This document shows positions 1-14,500 of a stretch of DNA of 64,000 nucleotides, piece after piece (position 1 is the first letter of the stretch; each line of letters starts with the position of its first letter). The stretch is from NCBI GenBank assembly GCA_030248215.1, contig JASANG010003525.1, positions 372,001-436,000 of the forward strand, in the 5' to 3' direction. The DNA comes from Enoplolaimus lenunculus (Eukaryota). The translations under genes were made by a program, and so were the position numbers. The notes under the pieces are model-generated. The model saw nothing but the letters and a program-made list of their open reading frames with translations. It made no database searches and was not told the DNA's origin.

Positions 1-199
1 GCAGTGATTGAAAGAAGGCTTGGCTGTATTGTACACTTTTTCACGCATAAGGTTGTAAATGCTTAGATTTTAAAGCTAGGCTTACGCCGATGCTTATTAA
101 TACGACTTTGGTTTAGGATTTTTGGTAGATATAGATTGTTTTGTAAGCCTAGCTTAACAGTTAACTTGGTTGAAAAAAGTGTAAATTATATGCAAGAGC

Positions 200-437
200 C
201 AGGGTACAACCGGAGGTCTGCCTCCGGCTTCGGCAGAAAATCGGCTTCCGTCTGCCAGAGGATCGGGCAATTCCGGTAGTGAAATTTTGCATAATTTTGC
301 AAAATTTATCTGTTAGCACGTTTCGTTTTACCGTCATTTTTACTACCAAATTTGGCCTCCCCTCCGGCTCCAGCTGCGGCTCCGGCAAGTTTCGTTGACA
401 TCCGGCTTCGGTATTTTTCATCTCCGGTTGCACCCTG
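200..437. mobile_element. Non-autonomous hAT-type MITE (CAGGGTRCAACCGGA TIR family)
   Basis: TIRs CAGGGTACAACCGGAG / CTCCGGTTGCACCCTG; 8-bp TSD GCAAGAGC/GCAAGAGT; many related copies in the window. Confidence 0.8.
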
Positions 438-3400
438 GCAAGAGTCAAAATTTCGCTGTTAAAATCGTTCTGAGCAAAGTGTTACCTTTAGACAGGCAAA
501 ATAGCGTTATCATTAAACCTTGTTAATGTTAGATTTTTTAATTTTGTTTGGTGCCTCATTTTCAAACAGCTCACTGGTCGTTTTTGCCGTGTGCCACACG
601 ACCAGTATTCAGAGAATTTGTGAAAATAATATAATTTAATGAATTAGTATATAAAGATTAGTACTGAATATTTATCGTAAGAAATTCTACATATCTTGGC
701 CTATGTAAAGATCAGAGGCGGAACGGTTTTCTGTGGGACTGCAACAGAGTAAGGTTACTCGTAAGGCTAATTTTTTTACTTAGGCTTAGGCTAAGGCTTA
801 GGTATAAGCTCATTGTTACGGTTAGGCTTATAAATACGCTTGTATATACTACTATTACAGCTGTTCCATAGGAATATGCTTATACTACTAGGTATTACGA
901 CCTTCTATACATTGGCTCATATGTATGTGTTCATTTTCAACAGTGGCATATAGAACGTGTGTTTGTTATGTGCTCTAATTTACTTACACCTTTCAATTTT
1001 ATGCTTGGCATTTCACTGTTGATACACTGCAAAAAATGATGAGTCAAAATGACTCTCTCCGAAATAGTCATACGGGACAAATTCGGCTTATTGAGTCGGA
1101 ACGTTTGCCTCTTGCGGAGTCGAATTTGACTCAGTTTGTGTAGTCCCGTACAGCCTATTTCAGACAAGGTAAATCGGTCTCAGCATTTTTTGCAATATAA
1201 GTTTTCAACTAAATTGAATTCAACTAAATTTATCCCACGGATTTTGTTTCCGTAATTTTACTTTTCATTCACTTCTATTTGCCGCTTTAGAGCAGGGTAG
1301 AGTCCGCGTTTGCTCTCTTTTGTTTCTACATGGAGTCAGTTAAAAAGTCTCAAGGTAAACAATGTTATATATACATCAGTTTTGTTTTTTGTTTTCAATG
1401 CGTATAGGTGTTGAGCGTTATAATATATTTTAAAAGATTGTGATGTTGTTAAATTTAGTAAACGTAAACGTACAATTGTTATTAAATAAATTTTGTTTCA
1501 TGTTTTTATGGTATTGTTTTTGTTGCGCTAACAACCGCTTGATATCAGTCGCAATATTTGATATTATTTCAAGCTGGCCCTTCCCTCGCATCCTCGGTGT
1601 TGGCAACGAAGGCCAATTTCTTCCTCAAAACTGTATCAACAATTAAAATAAGATGCACCAAAGAAATAAATTTCGTAAAATTATGCAAAATCTTACTAAC
1701 ATTAAAACTACCGGAACCTCCGGAAAATTTTACCAGAGATGGAGCTCGATTTTTTGCCGGAGCCGGAAGAAGACCTTTGGTTGTACCCTGCAAACAAGCT
1801 AAACCGAGTTTCAAGTTTTATACAAACACAAAAAATTCACAACGGAAATTGCCTGGAATTTTGGCAACAATTCTATCGGAGTCAGATGCCGGTGCTGGTG
1901 GCAGATGTCCTGTTGCACCCAGCTAGGTATATACATAGCGAGCGGTGTGTAAAACCGGATATCCGGTCCCGCTGATGTTATAGTTTAATTTTCCCTAATG
2001 GAGATTTCGTCCCAGAAAGATTACTAGCTTGCAGGGTGCAACCAGCTGAAAAATACCGGAGCCGGAGGTCAACGAAACTTGCCAGAGCCGGGACCGGAGG
2101 TGAGGCGAGATTAGGTAAGTAGTAATAATGATGGTTAATTAGTTAATTTTAGAAGCAAAGGCTAATGGAAGCGTTCCACGACGGCAGAGGGTATAATATA
2201 TATGGTAAAAAGCGCACTCTAGCGCCACAGCAAAGATATTTTTGGAACGATATGTTAGTACAACGAAATTTGAAATAAATAATATCTGAAGTGCCCCTAC
2301 AAACCGATCCCGGTTGATGCAATAGAGGGAAAAAAAGCCCCCCCTTATTCCAGTCAAGTCCTCGTGGCTCACATTGAAATAGACCTTGTGAAAATGAATC
2401 TTTTTTGCTTTTAAACATTTCAGTTTCAAAGGGGGGAAATCCAAGGCAAAACCCCAGGGGAAAAAAAAAACAACCACACCCAGTAAATCCTCCCGGGGAA
2501 ACACCCAAGCACCATTCCCGGGGGGGAACCCCCGGGGAGAAAAAAAAAACAAAAAAAAAGGAAAGGAAAAAACACAAAAAAACACCCCATCCCTTTTTTA
2601 TCTAAATAAACCCTAATTAGAGTCCATAAATGTCAGTTATCCCTAATTGTAGTGCATAAATGACTCTAGGACCAAATAATTTGACTTCGAAACTTTAAAG
2701 CGTACTTAAAGTTTGAAAGTACTTATATTCCTAAGTATATATAACCTTGTGTTATCGCTTAAGCTACTAACAAGACAAATAAACGTTTAATTCAACGAAT
2801 AATTGCAGTACCGGATATCTATCAGTAAGGAAGGGCGGCGGAGCGTGGGTTAAAAATAAATAATCCGTAACCGAATAACAAGGGGGGCACCCTATAGAGA
2901 GGCCAAATAAATATCACCCCCCCCCTCTTATTCGAGTCACTACAGTAATACTCGTGCAAATTAAGCTGCCGAGGTAACACGCGAAAGTCAAAAATAGAAA
3001 TTGAAAATTATTCGGTCTATACTATTTGGCAAATATTAGGCCCGTGTCCCGTCTCTCTGACCCTTTCAGGCGCTGCTTGTTTCCTTAAAATTATTTCAAA
3101 GCCAATTGAATATTTTCATGACTCAGTTACGTTTGCAGAAAAATGAAACAACTTTGAAACTTTTACACTTCAATATCCGTTCCGTTTTTTGTTTCTGTAA
3201 TTTCGATCACTGCCTGTTTCCATTATTATTATTATTATTATTATCTGTTTATACCCTGGCAGCGAGACCCAGTATATATAATGGTCGGCAGCTCACATAT
3301 GATTTATCGAGGGCCCAACTTGAAAAGACCACATACGGCTGCACGAGGCTCCAGTGTTCTTTGTGGAAGTCCTGCGTGCTTATGTAAATGGATTCGTTTA

Positions 3401-4004
3401 ATCATTAGTAACCAGTTGCAGTAAAAATATTTTCCGAGCAAAGCGACCGAGATACTAGACAGAGACACATGCTTGAAACTTGACCAAGCAACAGTTGATT
3501 CGCAAATCTGATCAAAATTTTTTTGTAAAATTTTCAAAACCGTTTTGTGAATGCTCCCTTCGCCCCACAATTGCCGGAAATAGTCTAAAGGTTAAGCTTA
3601 CTCTATTGCAGTCCCATAGAAAACGTTCCGCCCTAATCTTTACACGGGCCCCTTTTTGTATAGACAGTTTGTGATGCTTGTGGTACTGGTAAAGATGGTT
3701 TATTGCCGTTTTATATTTTTCTTCATTTCAGAAAACGACTACTGTTTATTATTAAATATAATAAAATGTTACTGTTTGGCGTTCAACTGCAGATCTACAA
3801 GCCAATATTTTACAGCTGCTGGTTATGCTTCACTTGAACATTCTGTGCAAACCTTAGTACAACGTTCCATTCACAGTTCACTGACTATTAACTTAAGGGT
3901 ACTTGATTCTCACCAGGTGCATTCATACGCCATATTTGCTCAACTTGTGTGCCTAAAATTTCATTTTGATTGAACAATTTTGAAATTTTATTTTAAATTT
4001 CACT

Positions 4005-4274
4005 ATGTCATATGTGTTAGTGAATACACAAATTCGTCTTGAAAACGGTCCTACAAATGTTGGTGATGCGACTTCAGATCCAGCATTGATGGAGTATTTG
4101 GATGCAAAAATGAGTAAAGCGATTGGAAACAATTTCATCGAATGGGTCACTGAATTGTGTCCAAGGGAAGTGTTGAATCGACTCGCAGTGAAGGGATATC
4201 GGGTAGTTGGAATGTGTGGGGTTGGCCAAACTTGTTGCTGGACAATGTTTAAAGAAACTGCTCCTAACATATAG
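4005..4274 (+). CDS. GCHFR: GTP cyclohydrolase I feedback regulatory protein (GFRP), intronless, 89 aa
   Basis: YVLVNTQIRLENGPTNVGD..SDPALM.YL....GNNF...PREVLNRL...GYRVVGMCGVGQTCCW follows the GFRP family pattern end to end. Confidence 0.95.
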   Translation: MSYVLVNTQIRLENGPTNVGDATSDPALMEYLDAKMSKAIGNNFIEWVTELCPREVLNRLAVKGYRVVGMCGVGQTCCWTMFKETAPNI

Positions 4275-4392
4275 CGTTAAAGAAAGTACGATTTCAGGCT
4301 AAGGTGCAGATTAATAGGCAAAGACTTTGAGTTAAACGGTTAGGGCTAAGGTATATTTAAATATTTGCCTAAGCATAAGCGTAAACGGTAAA

Positions 4393-4812
4393 ATGTATCG
4401 GTAAAGCAGGGTGAAACCGGAGGTAAAAAAATACCGGAGCCAGAGGCCAACAAAGCTTGTCGGAGCCGAAGGTGAAGCCAGACGTTGCCACAATTAAGTA
4501 TATAGTTCTAATGATGCTAAATTTGCTAATTTTAGCAAATATTTGTAACGTGTTGTTAATTCTTTCGGTTTTACGTTTAATTTTTTACGAAATCTGCAAT
4601 TTATGTATCGGTAAAGCAGGGTGAAACCGGAGGTAAAAAAATACCGGAGCCAGAGGCCAACAAAGCTTGTCGGAGCCGAAGGTGAAGCCAGACGTTGCCA
4701 CAATTAAGTATATAGTTCTAATGATGCTAAATTTGCTAATTTTAGCAAATATTTGTAACGTGTTGTTAATTCTTTCGGTTTTACGTTTAATTTTTTACGA
4801 AATCTGCAATTT
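4393..4812. repeat. Perfect 210-bp tandem duplication covering the left end of a CAGGGTG MITE (element about 4407-4993)
   Basis: 4393-4602 identical to 4603-4812. Confidence 0.9.
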
Positions 4813-5459
4813 TTTCTCAAAATTGTGCTAAAAGTTAGAACAAAACGCGCCGAGCACATATATTTTACAAAACTATCCAGAATTTCACTACCAAAATTGC
4901 CGGAACTTCCGGCAAAAATTCTACCGGAACCGGAGCCGGACATCGACTTTCTACCGGATCCGTATCCGTATGCAAGCATTCAGTTGTACCCTGGCAAAGT
5001 GTAGGGCTGAAATCTCGCTGTTGAAATTTTGCCGATTGCGAGCTTGCGTCAGCGAGACCATGTTTTGGATGGTTGTTCGCACTGGACATTTGTAGTACCC
5101 AAGACAGTGGAAAAGTTCTTATTAGACTTAGGCTAAATTTTTATATACTACTGTTACGGCTCTCAGCTGTAAGATGCGCCACAAACGTTATTATATTTTG
5201 CTCTTATATCATTCTGCAGCAATATAGAAAATGCGACAGACAATATCGCTGTCTTAATTTGTACTGTATGTTTGAGTTCAATAAATTTTTGGTAAATTGT
5301 ATATTATGACTGGTTAATTTTATGGCTTTACAGGGCCGTAGTCACGGTTTGAAGAGTGGGGGTCCAAGTCCTGAACAAAATATACTGTAGTGACCCAAAT
5401 AAGAGGAGAACTGATATTTATTTGGTTTCTCCAGAGGGTACCCCCTGTTATTTGGTTAC

Positions 5460-5818
5460 CATAGGCTGCAACCCGAGGTGAAAAATACCGGAGCCGCAGC
5501 CGGAGGTCAACAAACCTGTCGGAGCGGAGCCGGAGGTGAGGCGAGATTAGGTAGGAACGATGATGGTTAACTAGTTAATTTTAGCCAATATCTGCAATAT
5601 GTTGTTAATTTGGTTTTACGCTAAGATCTGCGAATTTTCGAAAATTCTTTCTTGTAAGTTGGAACAGTAAAACAAACGCGTTCAAACAGATAAATTTTGC
5701 AAAATTAGCAAAATTTTGCTACCAAAATTGCCGGAATCTCCGGCAAAAATTTTGCTGGAGCCTGAGGCCGATTTCATGCGGGAGCCGGAGCCGGAGGCAG
5801 ACCTCCGGTTGTACCCTG
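5460..5818. mobile_element. hAT-type MITE nested in a TA-flanked element (CTGTAGTGAC end at about 5384; related inverted copy at about 2600-2947)
   Basis: 8-bp TSD TTGGTTAC on both sides; right TIR CCGGTTGTACCCTG. Confidence 0.75.
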
Positions 5819-6151
5819 TTGGTTACTGACTGTTTATTTTTAACCCACCCTTCGTTACTGATATATCTAATATATATTGCTACTTTCCGTGCAATTAAAC
5901 GTTTATTTGTCTTGTGTCAAAACCTTGAGCGATAATACAAGGTTATATTTCAGAATGTAAGTACTTTAAACTATAAGTATACTTTAAAGTTTATGACTCA
6001 TGTGTATTTGGTGCTGGAATCATTTATGCACTACCATTTGGGATAATTGACATTATGAACTCTTATTAGGGTTCAAGTTGTAAAATAAATTTTAAACCCA
6101 ATTCCACGTAGTTGGCGGACTCCCTTCCAGAGCAGGTCTCTCGGTGGCTAC

Positions 6152-6518
6152 CAGGGTGCAACACGAAGTGAAAAATACCGGAGCCGGAGCCGAAGGTCAA
6201 CGAAACTTACGGAGCCGCAGCCGGAGGTGAGACGTAATTAGGTAGTAAAAATGACGGTGAATTAGTTAATTTTAGCCTATATCTGTAATATGTTGTTATG
6301 TTGTTTGATTTGACGATAATTTTCGGCGAAATTTTGGTAATTCTTCTTTGAAAATTGTGACAAAAGTAAAAAGAAACGCGCTAAACAGATAAATTTTGCA
6401 ACATTATGCAAAATTTTACTACCGAAATTGCCGAAACATCCGGCAAAAATTATACCGGAGCCGGAGGCCGATTTTCTGCCGGAGCCGGAGCCGGAGGCAG
6501 ACCTCCGGTTGTACCCTG
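6152..6518. mobile_element. hAT-type MITE
   Basis: TIRs CAGGGTGCAAC / GTTGTACCCTG; perfect 8-bp TSD GTGGCTAC. Confidence 0.9.
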
Positions 6519-7169
6519 GTGGCTACCTATGTTGGTTATGTATTTCTGTCAGCAGAATAATTTGTTTATTTTTTGTGGATTGTTTTAGGAAAGGAATTGC
6601 GCAGTAGTTGGTATTGCAGTTTGCTAAAAATCTACTATAGTAAAATGGAGGGACAGTTAGAGTAGTGGGTGTAAATGATTACCCGCTTGCAAATGGAATT
6701 AGTTATGTTTATTGATAACACTGTGCTATCGAAATATTTATGGAAAGCACGGATTTAGCAAACAATGACTGATGAAACGTGATCATATCCCTGATGTTTA
6801 AGTACAAAGTGGTGCAATGAATAGCAAACATAATTAAGAGCCTAGGTTAATATATTGTTGAGTAAAATGGCCCTGCACCACTCCTAAGTATCTTTTTATT
6901 GTCTTAAAGAGATCATCGCCTAAACGCGATAAACCGGCTAACAGAACTTGTACAAATAGCATAAATTAGCTTAAAATACAAAGGCAAATTTTAGTACAGA
7001 TTTTTTACGTCGAAGGTATTGGTTGGCATTCATGTAATTTTTAAAATACATAATTATAGTAAGGACAGAGCAGGTTTGGCTCTGGCAAGCTCATGCTGCA
7101 GAGTTGACTAGAGTCTGTTGTTAATTTGACTCCAGTATGGTAGGTTCGGCAGAAAATCGGCCTCCGGCT

Positions 7170-7700
7170 CCTGTTCGGTTAAGATTTCGAGGCAAGCGCC
7201 CCCTGCTCCACGAAGCTCGCCTGTCCAACTGCTTCTATCGTCGACTATATGTCAACCGCATGCTGCCGGCTGGCATTCGTGAAAAGCACTTCACTCTATT
7301 GCATGTGTACATAACGGACAAGCATGTCTCACAAGCGTACATTCCCCAATTTTCAACAAGGTATCCCCTTGATCGTCCACCAAGTTTTCGACTAGATACC
7401 GTGTTCATAGCACGGAAATTTACCATTGCGATCACGACGTAGCCCACATTGCACTCTGCGTAGGAACTAGAACTTCAGACCTTTTAACTATTAGAAGCTG
7501 GAAAAGCGGTTGCGGGTTGTTTCGAACTAGCAACTTTCTGCATATCAGGCGTACGCTATTACCACTGCGCCACGTAGCACGCCTGTGTAACTGCTTCTAT
7601 TGTCGACTGTATGTGATCGTATGCTGCCTGAAAGCATATTACACTGTGCATTGCATACTTGCATATGCACCAGTATAAAGACGTAAGATATGCGTAAGTA
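7170..7700 (-). mobile_element. tRNA-derived SINE-like repeat, tandem ~360-bp unit (same family as 62970-63530)
   Basis: Minus strand box A TGGCGCAGTGG and box B GTTCGAAAC; body colinear with 63075-63415; GTCGACTRTATG recurs at 7240 and 7602. Confidence 0.75.
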
Positions 7701-8769
7701 ATGAGATAGCTAGTCGCTGTTGCGCTCGAGGGAAATTGATAATAGTCTAATAAGGCCGAAGTACTGCTGATACAAGATTTGGACCAAGAGACACTAAAAT
7801 TCTGGGTGCATGATTTTTTGCAAAACTTTGTCAAGCTAAGTCCAATTTTATCAAATTTTTCGGAAACACCATGTTCCTAATTATTGCTTTTAAACCGAAG
7901 GAGTTTCTGTGAAACCGACCAAAAGTTTTGCTATACGATTGTCCTAGAGTTGCTCCGTCGACCCAATTTTCTGTGAGGCCAAGGCCGTGATCGGTAATCG
8001 AATTTTTGCTGGTGCCGAGGCCGCGACCGGTACCAAGCGGCCCTAATGAATATTTTGGAAAACTCTGCATTTTGTTTTGCCAGTAAAGCTGTTGTCGGAA
8101 TATATGTGCACGGTAAGTGTATGTAAACCATAGATTGCCTTACATGTGCAGTGTGCACGTATACCGGAATATGAAGTTGTTGCAGTTGACCACATGGTAT
8201 AGTAGCAGTAGCATGTTTGACTAGAATAGAAGATTGCCGAACTTCGATTTTGGTGTGGTTTTTAAGTTTGGGCCGTGCGTACCGTATAGGTCCAACATAA
8301 AGGTGTCACCGAGACGGGCACTACAAACAGCAATAGCACGACCGCCTGTAAAAAACAGGATACGTTATATGTGCACGGTAAGTGTATGTAAATTCTGGTT
8401 CTGTCGATTTTTGACCTTCCGGTTCCCGTAAATTTTTACAGGAATTAAGAATTCCGGTATTAAATTTTGGTTGGTTTAAATTAAGATATTTCACTAAAAA
8501 GCGACGACAAAAATTAAGTAATTTCATTCGTATAGTATACGTTTATATGAACCTTGATAATCGCCGAAAATAAACCATCGAAGGTAGATTGCGCTTCCGT
8601 GGATTACGAAAATCTAGAGTACAGCAGATAAAGTGATACCTATCTCCAACTAAGGGTGATTTCACCAATAATATTGCAAAAAAAAGAAAATTAAAATCAA
8701 TTTTCTGTGGCATTAATTTTTCATTTTCCGGTTCTGGTTCCGTTTTCGGTAATTTTTTAATAGTTGTTG

Positions 8770-8970
8770 CAATCGACCACATTATGCAGTGGCGCATGCT
8801 TGACTCGAGTGCAAGAGGTCGAAGGTTCGATTCCCTTAAACTTCGAACAGGGGTCGAGCAGTTGCAAGGTACCTAGGTGTGTGTGGTGTCCGTAATGCAA
8901 TGCGGCTTGTGGGTATCGCAACGCTCTGATATGACGCGGGTGGCCGGTTGTAACACTACTAAACAACAAG
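8770..8970 (+). mobile_element. Degenerate tRNA-derived SINE-like element (second family)
   Basis: Box B GGTTCGATTCC at about 8824, degenerate box A upstream, GC-rich body, A-rich tail. Confidence 0.45.
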
Positions 8971-9573
8971 CTAAATATTATGCCAGTAAATTTTAACGCA
9001 ACAATTAACTTAACGCTAATATAAGACTCCGAATAACTCCAACTTAACTCCTACGAAACACAGCTCCAGCAAAACAACTCCAATAATGCTGCAACAGCTC
9101 GAGTGACTCCTGTTTCTATAACTCGTAAGCTACGGCATCTCCTAATACATTTCCATTCCAGTTACATTGATTCTAAAACACAACGCGCCAAATGGTATGT
9201 TGCAACCGTGCAACCCGCTGGACGTGAATGTGTGCCGCACCCGTAACCAGAATATGTTCAGACAAAATTTAAACTCATTAACCATTTCAGTAACACCCAC
9301 TGTCACCGCAATATAAAATCGGCTAGCCTAATATAAAGAAAAGATCCAAGATGAAAAGTAACCAAAATATACGTCTATTCTCTGTATGATCAAAGTGATA
9401 ATTGAATGTGGACATAACTAGAAGTTATCCCACATTCCAGTTAAGTTGCATTACAATTTACAATTGCCTGAAACATGCACGTGATGATAACACAATTTAT
9501 ACCATTAAAACAATTCGCTACGCCTTTATGTGAAAATAAGGAACTTTTTATCGAAATATAATATTATAAAAAG

Positions 9574-9991
9574 TAGGGATGTGCCGATACCAAAATTTTT
9601 GCCGATGCCGATGCCCATGCCGATTCATGCTTTGAAATTTGCCGAACCGATTCCGACGCCGCTTCCAACTTTAGCATACCGTACTTCATAAACGGGTAGG
9701 ATACTGTTACATGAATAGTTAACCCTAACCATCATAAACCATTACAATTTTATAAAAACAGTTAATTTCAGTTGATTTTTTCAAACACAAAGGCAAGAGT
9801 GATAACAGTTTTCCTGACCAGACACACTGATATACGCTCAGAAATGAAATTGATAGCATTTCAACTGAATGTTGTGTACAAATAGTATCGACAAAGAATC
9901 AGCAATTTTTTGCAGTACGGATGCCGATACTCAAGAATAGAAAAGTGCCCATTATTAACGATGCCGATGCCGATTGATCGGCACGTCCCGA
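9574..9991. mobile_element. hAT-type MITE (TAGGGATGTGCCGAT TIR family)
   Basis: TIRs TAGGGATGTGCCGAT / ATCGGCACGTCCCGA; TSD ATAAAAAG/GTAAAAAG. Confidence 0.8.
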
Positions 9992-11506
9992 GTAAAAAGC
10001 GCCGTTTAAAACCGAAACTAGGAAAAGATACTTAGGAGGCGCAGGGGTGCCTGGAATAGGGCTAATTGCGGTGAAATACCAAAGCCACCACTTTTAACCA
10101 ATTTTATAGGAATGTATATGGCCGTGCCACATACATGTCGCACAAACATGTTTTTGGTTAAAAAATGAAACGTTAAGTCGAAACTAAGTTTCCTATTTGA
10201 TTGTTAGTCGGACGGTGAAATCCCACTGGAATTTTGAAGAAAACCCGTTTTCAAAACTTGCACTAGGTTGAAAAGAAAGGATGTCTATCTTCAAAATGGG
10301 AGCCCTTTCCTGAATTATTTCGGATATATCTATTTTTATTTATGCTTCGGTCACGTCATTTACTTATTTTATGTACTATTCCGGTTCGAACCCTTAAAAA
10401 TTCGTCTATGAACAATACATAGTTTTTTGTAAACCACCCTACTGTACGCACTGTTAAAAACATGTTCTGTTATTTGTACGTATCTGCCTGGAAGGACTTA
10501 TGTTAATGCACAGAATTATACAATTAAACGCTGCAAAAGCAGGTTTTCCAGCATGGTCTAGGGTTTTTCCTGCGTTCGATTATGAGCGGGAAAAGAACCC
10601 ACTTAGCGACGTTATTTTTTCGGCTGAATAAAAAAATTGTAACCACTAACTGCAACTATTCTGCTGTGCTTTTCCTGTAAATGATCGTTTTAAGGCCCTA
10701 TAAGGGGGACCACCACCCCTCATTAGCGAACCCCAGATTGCTGCGGTGCTGAGAAAAAAAAATAAATGAAAATTTAGTGCGGTGGGGCTTTTACTGCCCA
10801 AAGCTTTCGCAATTTCTCCATCGGGTCAATGCATAATAATTTATGGCACTAGATGATGCTGAATAGTGCTTACAAAAGTGCAATCGGAATTTCGGTTCCG
10901 ACATTTTGTCACCATCCGGTTCCGATAAATTTTTTGCCGGCGTAAAAATTCCGATACTTTTGCATTTTGGTCGCTTTTTAAATTTGTTAATTTTTAAGAA
11001 GCCTTTTTAAAGCCACTTGTTCAATTAGTGACGATAAAAATGAAATACATTTAATTAGTAAAGCATAAAACCTTGAAAACCACCGAAAATAATCCATAGA
11101 AGGTAGGTTTCGCTTCAGTGGATAAGGAAAATCTAAAATGCAGCAGATTAAATGAATACCTATCTTCAACTAAAGTTATTTTACCAAATGATGCAGCAAA
11201 AATAATTTTTTCGGTGGCATGTATTTTCACTTTCCGGTTCCGGTATTTTTACAAATTGCGGTTACGGTAAGTTGTACTTACAGTTTACAAGCCGGTGCCT
11301 ACCTAGTCATTTCGTTTGATAGAGACATCTCTTCAGGCACATCGAGTCAAGAAATTATTGTATTGAAAATTTGGCTCCGGGACAATTCTAATGTTCGAAC
11401 AAAGCACGAAGGGAGATCCGTTCCTAGGTTCTCCCTTGTTGTCTTATAGGGTCAAACGATATAATATATATGCTTTATCAGTATTTTGTTGTTAACTGCT
11501 AATTAA

Positions 11507-14500
11507 ATGACGTCGAAGCATGATGTCGGTTCATGCAGTATAAAGCTCAGTTTAGCGTTACGTCAGTTTGAAAATGACAAATGGTTAATCGAATGTATAC
11601 GCAGTTTGCCTGATCCAAAAGACATGGATTGTCTAGTTCAACTTATTAATGTTCTATCGTCTTGCGCATACGGGTAGGCGAACAGTTGTATATAAACGTG
11701 TGCAGGTACGCGTTGTTAATGTAATGTCCTGAAGATCTCTCAAAAATTTTGCCAAATCTATGATCCAGCTGGGAATCGCACCTCGAAACTGTTTAGGTAC
11801 ACTCAAGCATGCAATCTGCTTTTTCGACTGTTTTAAATGACTTGCGTGTGAAACCAGCTGGAATGTTAAAGAGCTGTTGTGCTTGATTTGGATGCACTCT
11901 GCGTTTGCTTTTCAGTTGTTGTTTGATTTCTAACGTGTTGACAGTCTGGTTCGGAATAAAACCGTTTCAATTCATGCCAAGCTGCCATTGAAACGTGAAA
12001 ACTGATTTTAGGCGCTGAGTTTGTTGTTTTACGTATTTTTAGAGATGGTTCGTCAGAGGTTGTATGGTTGTCGGCAAAAGCATTACTGACGCTGGCAAAT
12101 ATATGCATGAGGTATGCGCATTTATGGCCTTATGAAGCGAAATTGAGTGCAAGTGTTTTTCTTTCTGGTTGCTTGCAAGTCGGCTTTTTATACATGTAAT
12201 ATTTAATTTATCTTGCTTCCGGAGCTGTGATAGTCAATGAATAATAAAAAATGTAACGTGGCTTATATTCAGTCACCAATACTACGATACCGATACTTCA
12301 GTTGAACACCATAATACCTTCACAATTTGAGATACATGTATTTTGGTCTAAAATCGAGTCTTTCTATGAGTCAGAAACATAAGCAACTGCGTTATTCCAC
12401 GTCCATTCTACTTAAACAATGTTCGAATTTCTAAGATATTGCTTGCTTGCTGCATGAACCCATGTTAACCACTGGGAATTTTTCAGAAGCCTTGTGTAAA
12501 TTTTAAAGTTACCAGCAAAAATCTCAATTACTAAACAGCCGCTTCCGTGGGATGTGGACCGAAGAGCAATTGTGGAATCAGGTTTTTTTGTGCAAAATAG
12601 TGTGCTTTTGCGCACTTAAACTTAATTTTGCACACCTCGATTTAATTTTGCACGTTAATTTGCACACCTTACAGTCGAACAAAAATTGAAAACACCTGTT
12701 TAAAACTCCTCGAAATTCATGTCCAGTTGCCTTTCATATATTTCATCTTCTTCAAATCCGGCAAAATTAATCTCTAGTGGTTCTGTGGAAGCAGATCCTC
12801 CGGGAGTGGATGGCTTGCCGGATTCTCTTCTGATTTTGTACCGCCCACGAGCCAGTTCTGCTTTCAGCATACCTAGACTTAATTTTGCACACCTTGACTT
12901 TATTTTGCACATTAATTAGCACACGTTGGGATTTGAAAAAACCCTGTGTGGAATACATGATGGCTGGATCCGTGTCACCATTCTGGAGACAGGTTTGGGG
13001 CAGAATTTATCATCCATTATGTAACCCTTTTCTCATAGAGTACATCATGCCCGTGCGCAAGATTTGATTTCAGAGGGGGTCTTTTTCCGTAATAATACAA
13101 ATAGTTATAACCCGGGTTATAACCACTATACAAATTTTAGGAGGATCTGGGCCGATTTTTTAATTTATCCAAAACCAATGCCTGCCAACTGCACCGATGC
13201 CCAATACCTGAATGCTACGAAATTAGAGATGTGCCGATTAATCGGCGTCGGTATCGGATCGGTAATAATCGGCAGTTTTAGTTTTTCAGAGTATCGGTAT
13301 TGCCACTGCAAAAAATTGCCGGTTCTTTACCGATACTTTTTCCACATAACAGTGAGTTGGACTGCTATCAGTTTCACTTCTTGTCGTACATATATCAGAG
13401 TGTCTGATCAGGGAAACTGTTATCTCTTTTGCGTTTGTGTTTGAAAAAAGTGCTAGTTGTATAGCGGCTAGCAAACGCCGTCGTAAAATGTACATTCAAT
13501 CTTGTCCTATAAAGTTATGTATTTCAGACATTCGGTTTGCGTCGCCGACAAAGCCGTAGCATCTTTAGCACGATTCGCCCTAGATTTTTGGGATTTTTTT
13601 ATTCCGGTAACGCGTTAGTTATACTGCTCAGTGATTTTTGTTATAGTTACAAAAAACTGTAAACTAAAATAATCAAAATGCTTTGTTATTTATGCACATT
13701 CCAGATATATAGTTTTTTGCCGGAGCAGGATATTCCGTCGCTTCCTGTAGTACACTCATATGATTGCAGTTCTTTGTCTGTGGTGTTTTAGAATGTCAGG
13801 TATATTGCATGCGATATATTTTCGGCGACTGTTGGATGGCATCGTAATTTCTGTCGTTCATGTTCCCGGATCTGTGAAGGTGACTGAATAATCACAACTC
13901 AATGTAGGACTGTTAGTGTGTGTATAAAATTGTAAACATTGGGTTACAATTTCTGCACATAACTAATCAATGGCAGGGAGCTTGAAGCCAAATACAATTT
14001 TAGTACTAAGATCCATCAGTGTATGTAATAATGGAAATTGACATAACTATGTTCAATTAACTGCTGCAGTTTTTGTGTCTTGGTTAAGCCTGGTCGGCAG
14101 GACATGTAACATGTTTTAATGCCCACGTTATTGAGTGAGGGGTGGTTTATTATTGAGGAATAAAGTTTCAAGTGAGCCTTCTGCCTGTAGTGTGATTGTT
14201 TTGATGTGTATGTTTGCAGATGATAAGTGCGAGTTAAGGTCAAGACTGCTGGATCACATCCGACAAACACCTAGCTATGTTCGTTCGAAATATGTAACCT
14301 TGGCCGATTTAGTTCCGCTTGGTTCGTTTGAGTTAACATATCATCAGTTGGGACGAGATATATATTTGGAAAGGCTCCTGGGACAGCTTTCTGACCAAAC
14401 GTTGTCGCCTTATGTAAGTTCAAGCAGCGCGTTGTGGTAGTTTAATATCGAGACTATATTTTCAAAGTTTTGGTTGCATTAACAAGCGGCATTAAGACCA

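Noticed and set aside
2400..2605. Homopolymer-rich ORFs (also 29700-29790, 38100-38240, 49190-49285)
   Set aside because: They look like low-quality consensus versions of neighbouring repeats; the ORFs are compositional artefacts
1330..3385. Possible small spliced gene (ATG 1330, exon-like pieces at about 1575 and 3262-3382)
   Set aside because: No recognisable homology and no consistent exon chain
161..6588. Short PEPEP/GAGAG-type ORFs
   Set aside because: Translations of CCGGAG/CCGGTT subterminal repeats of MITEs
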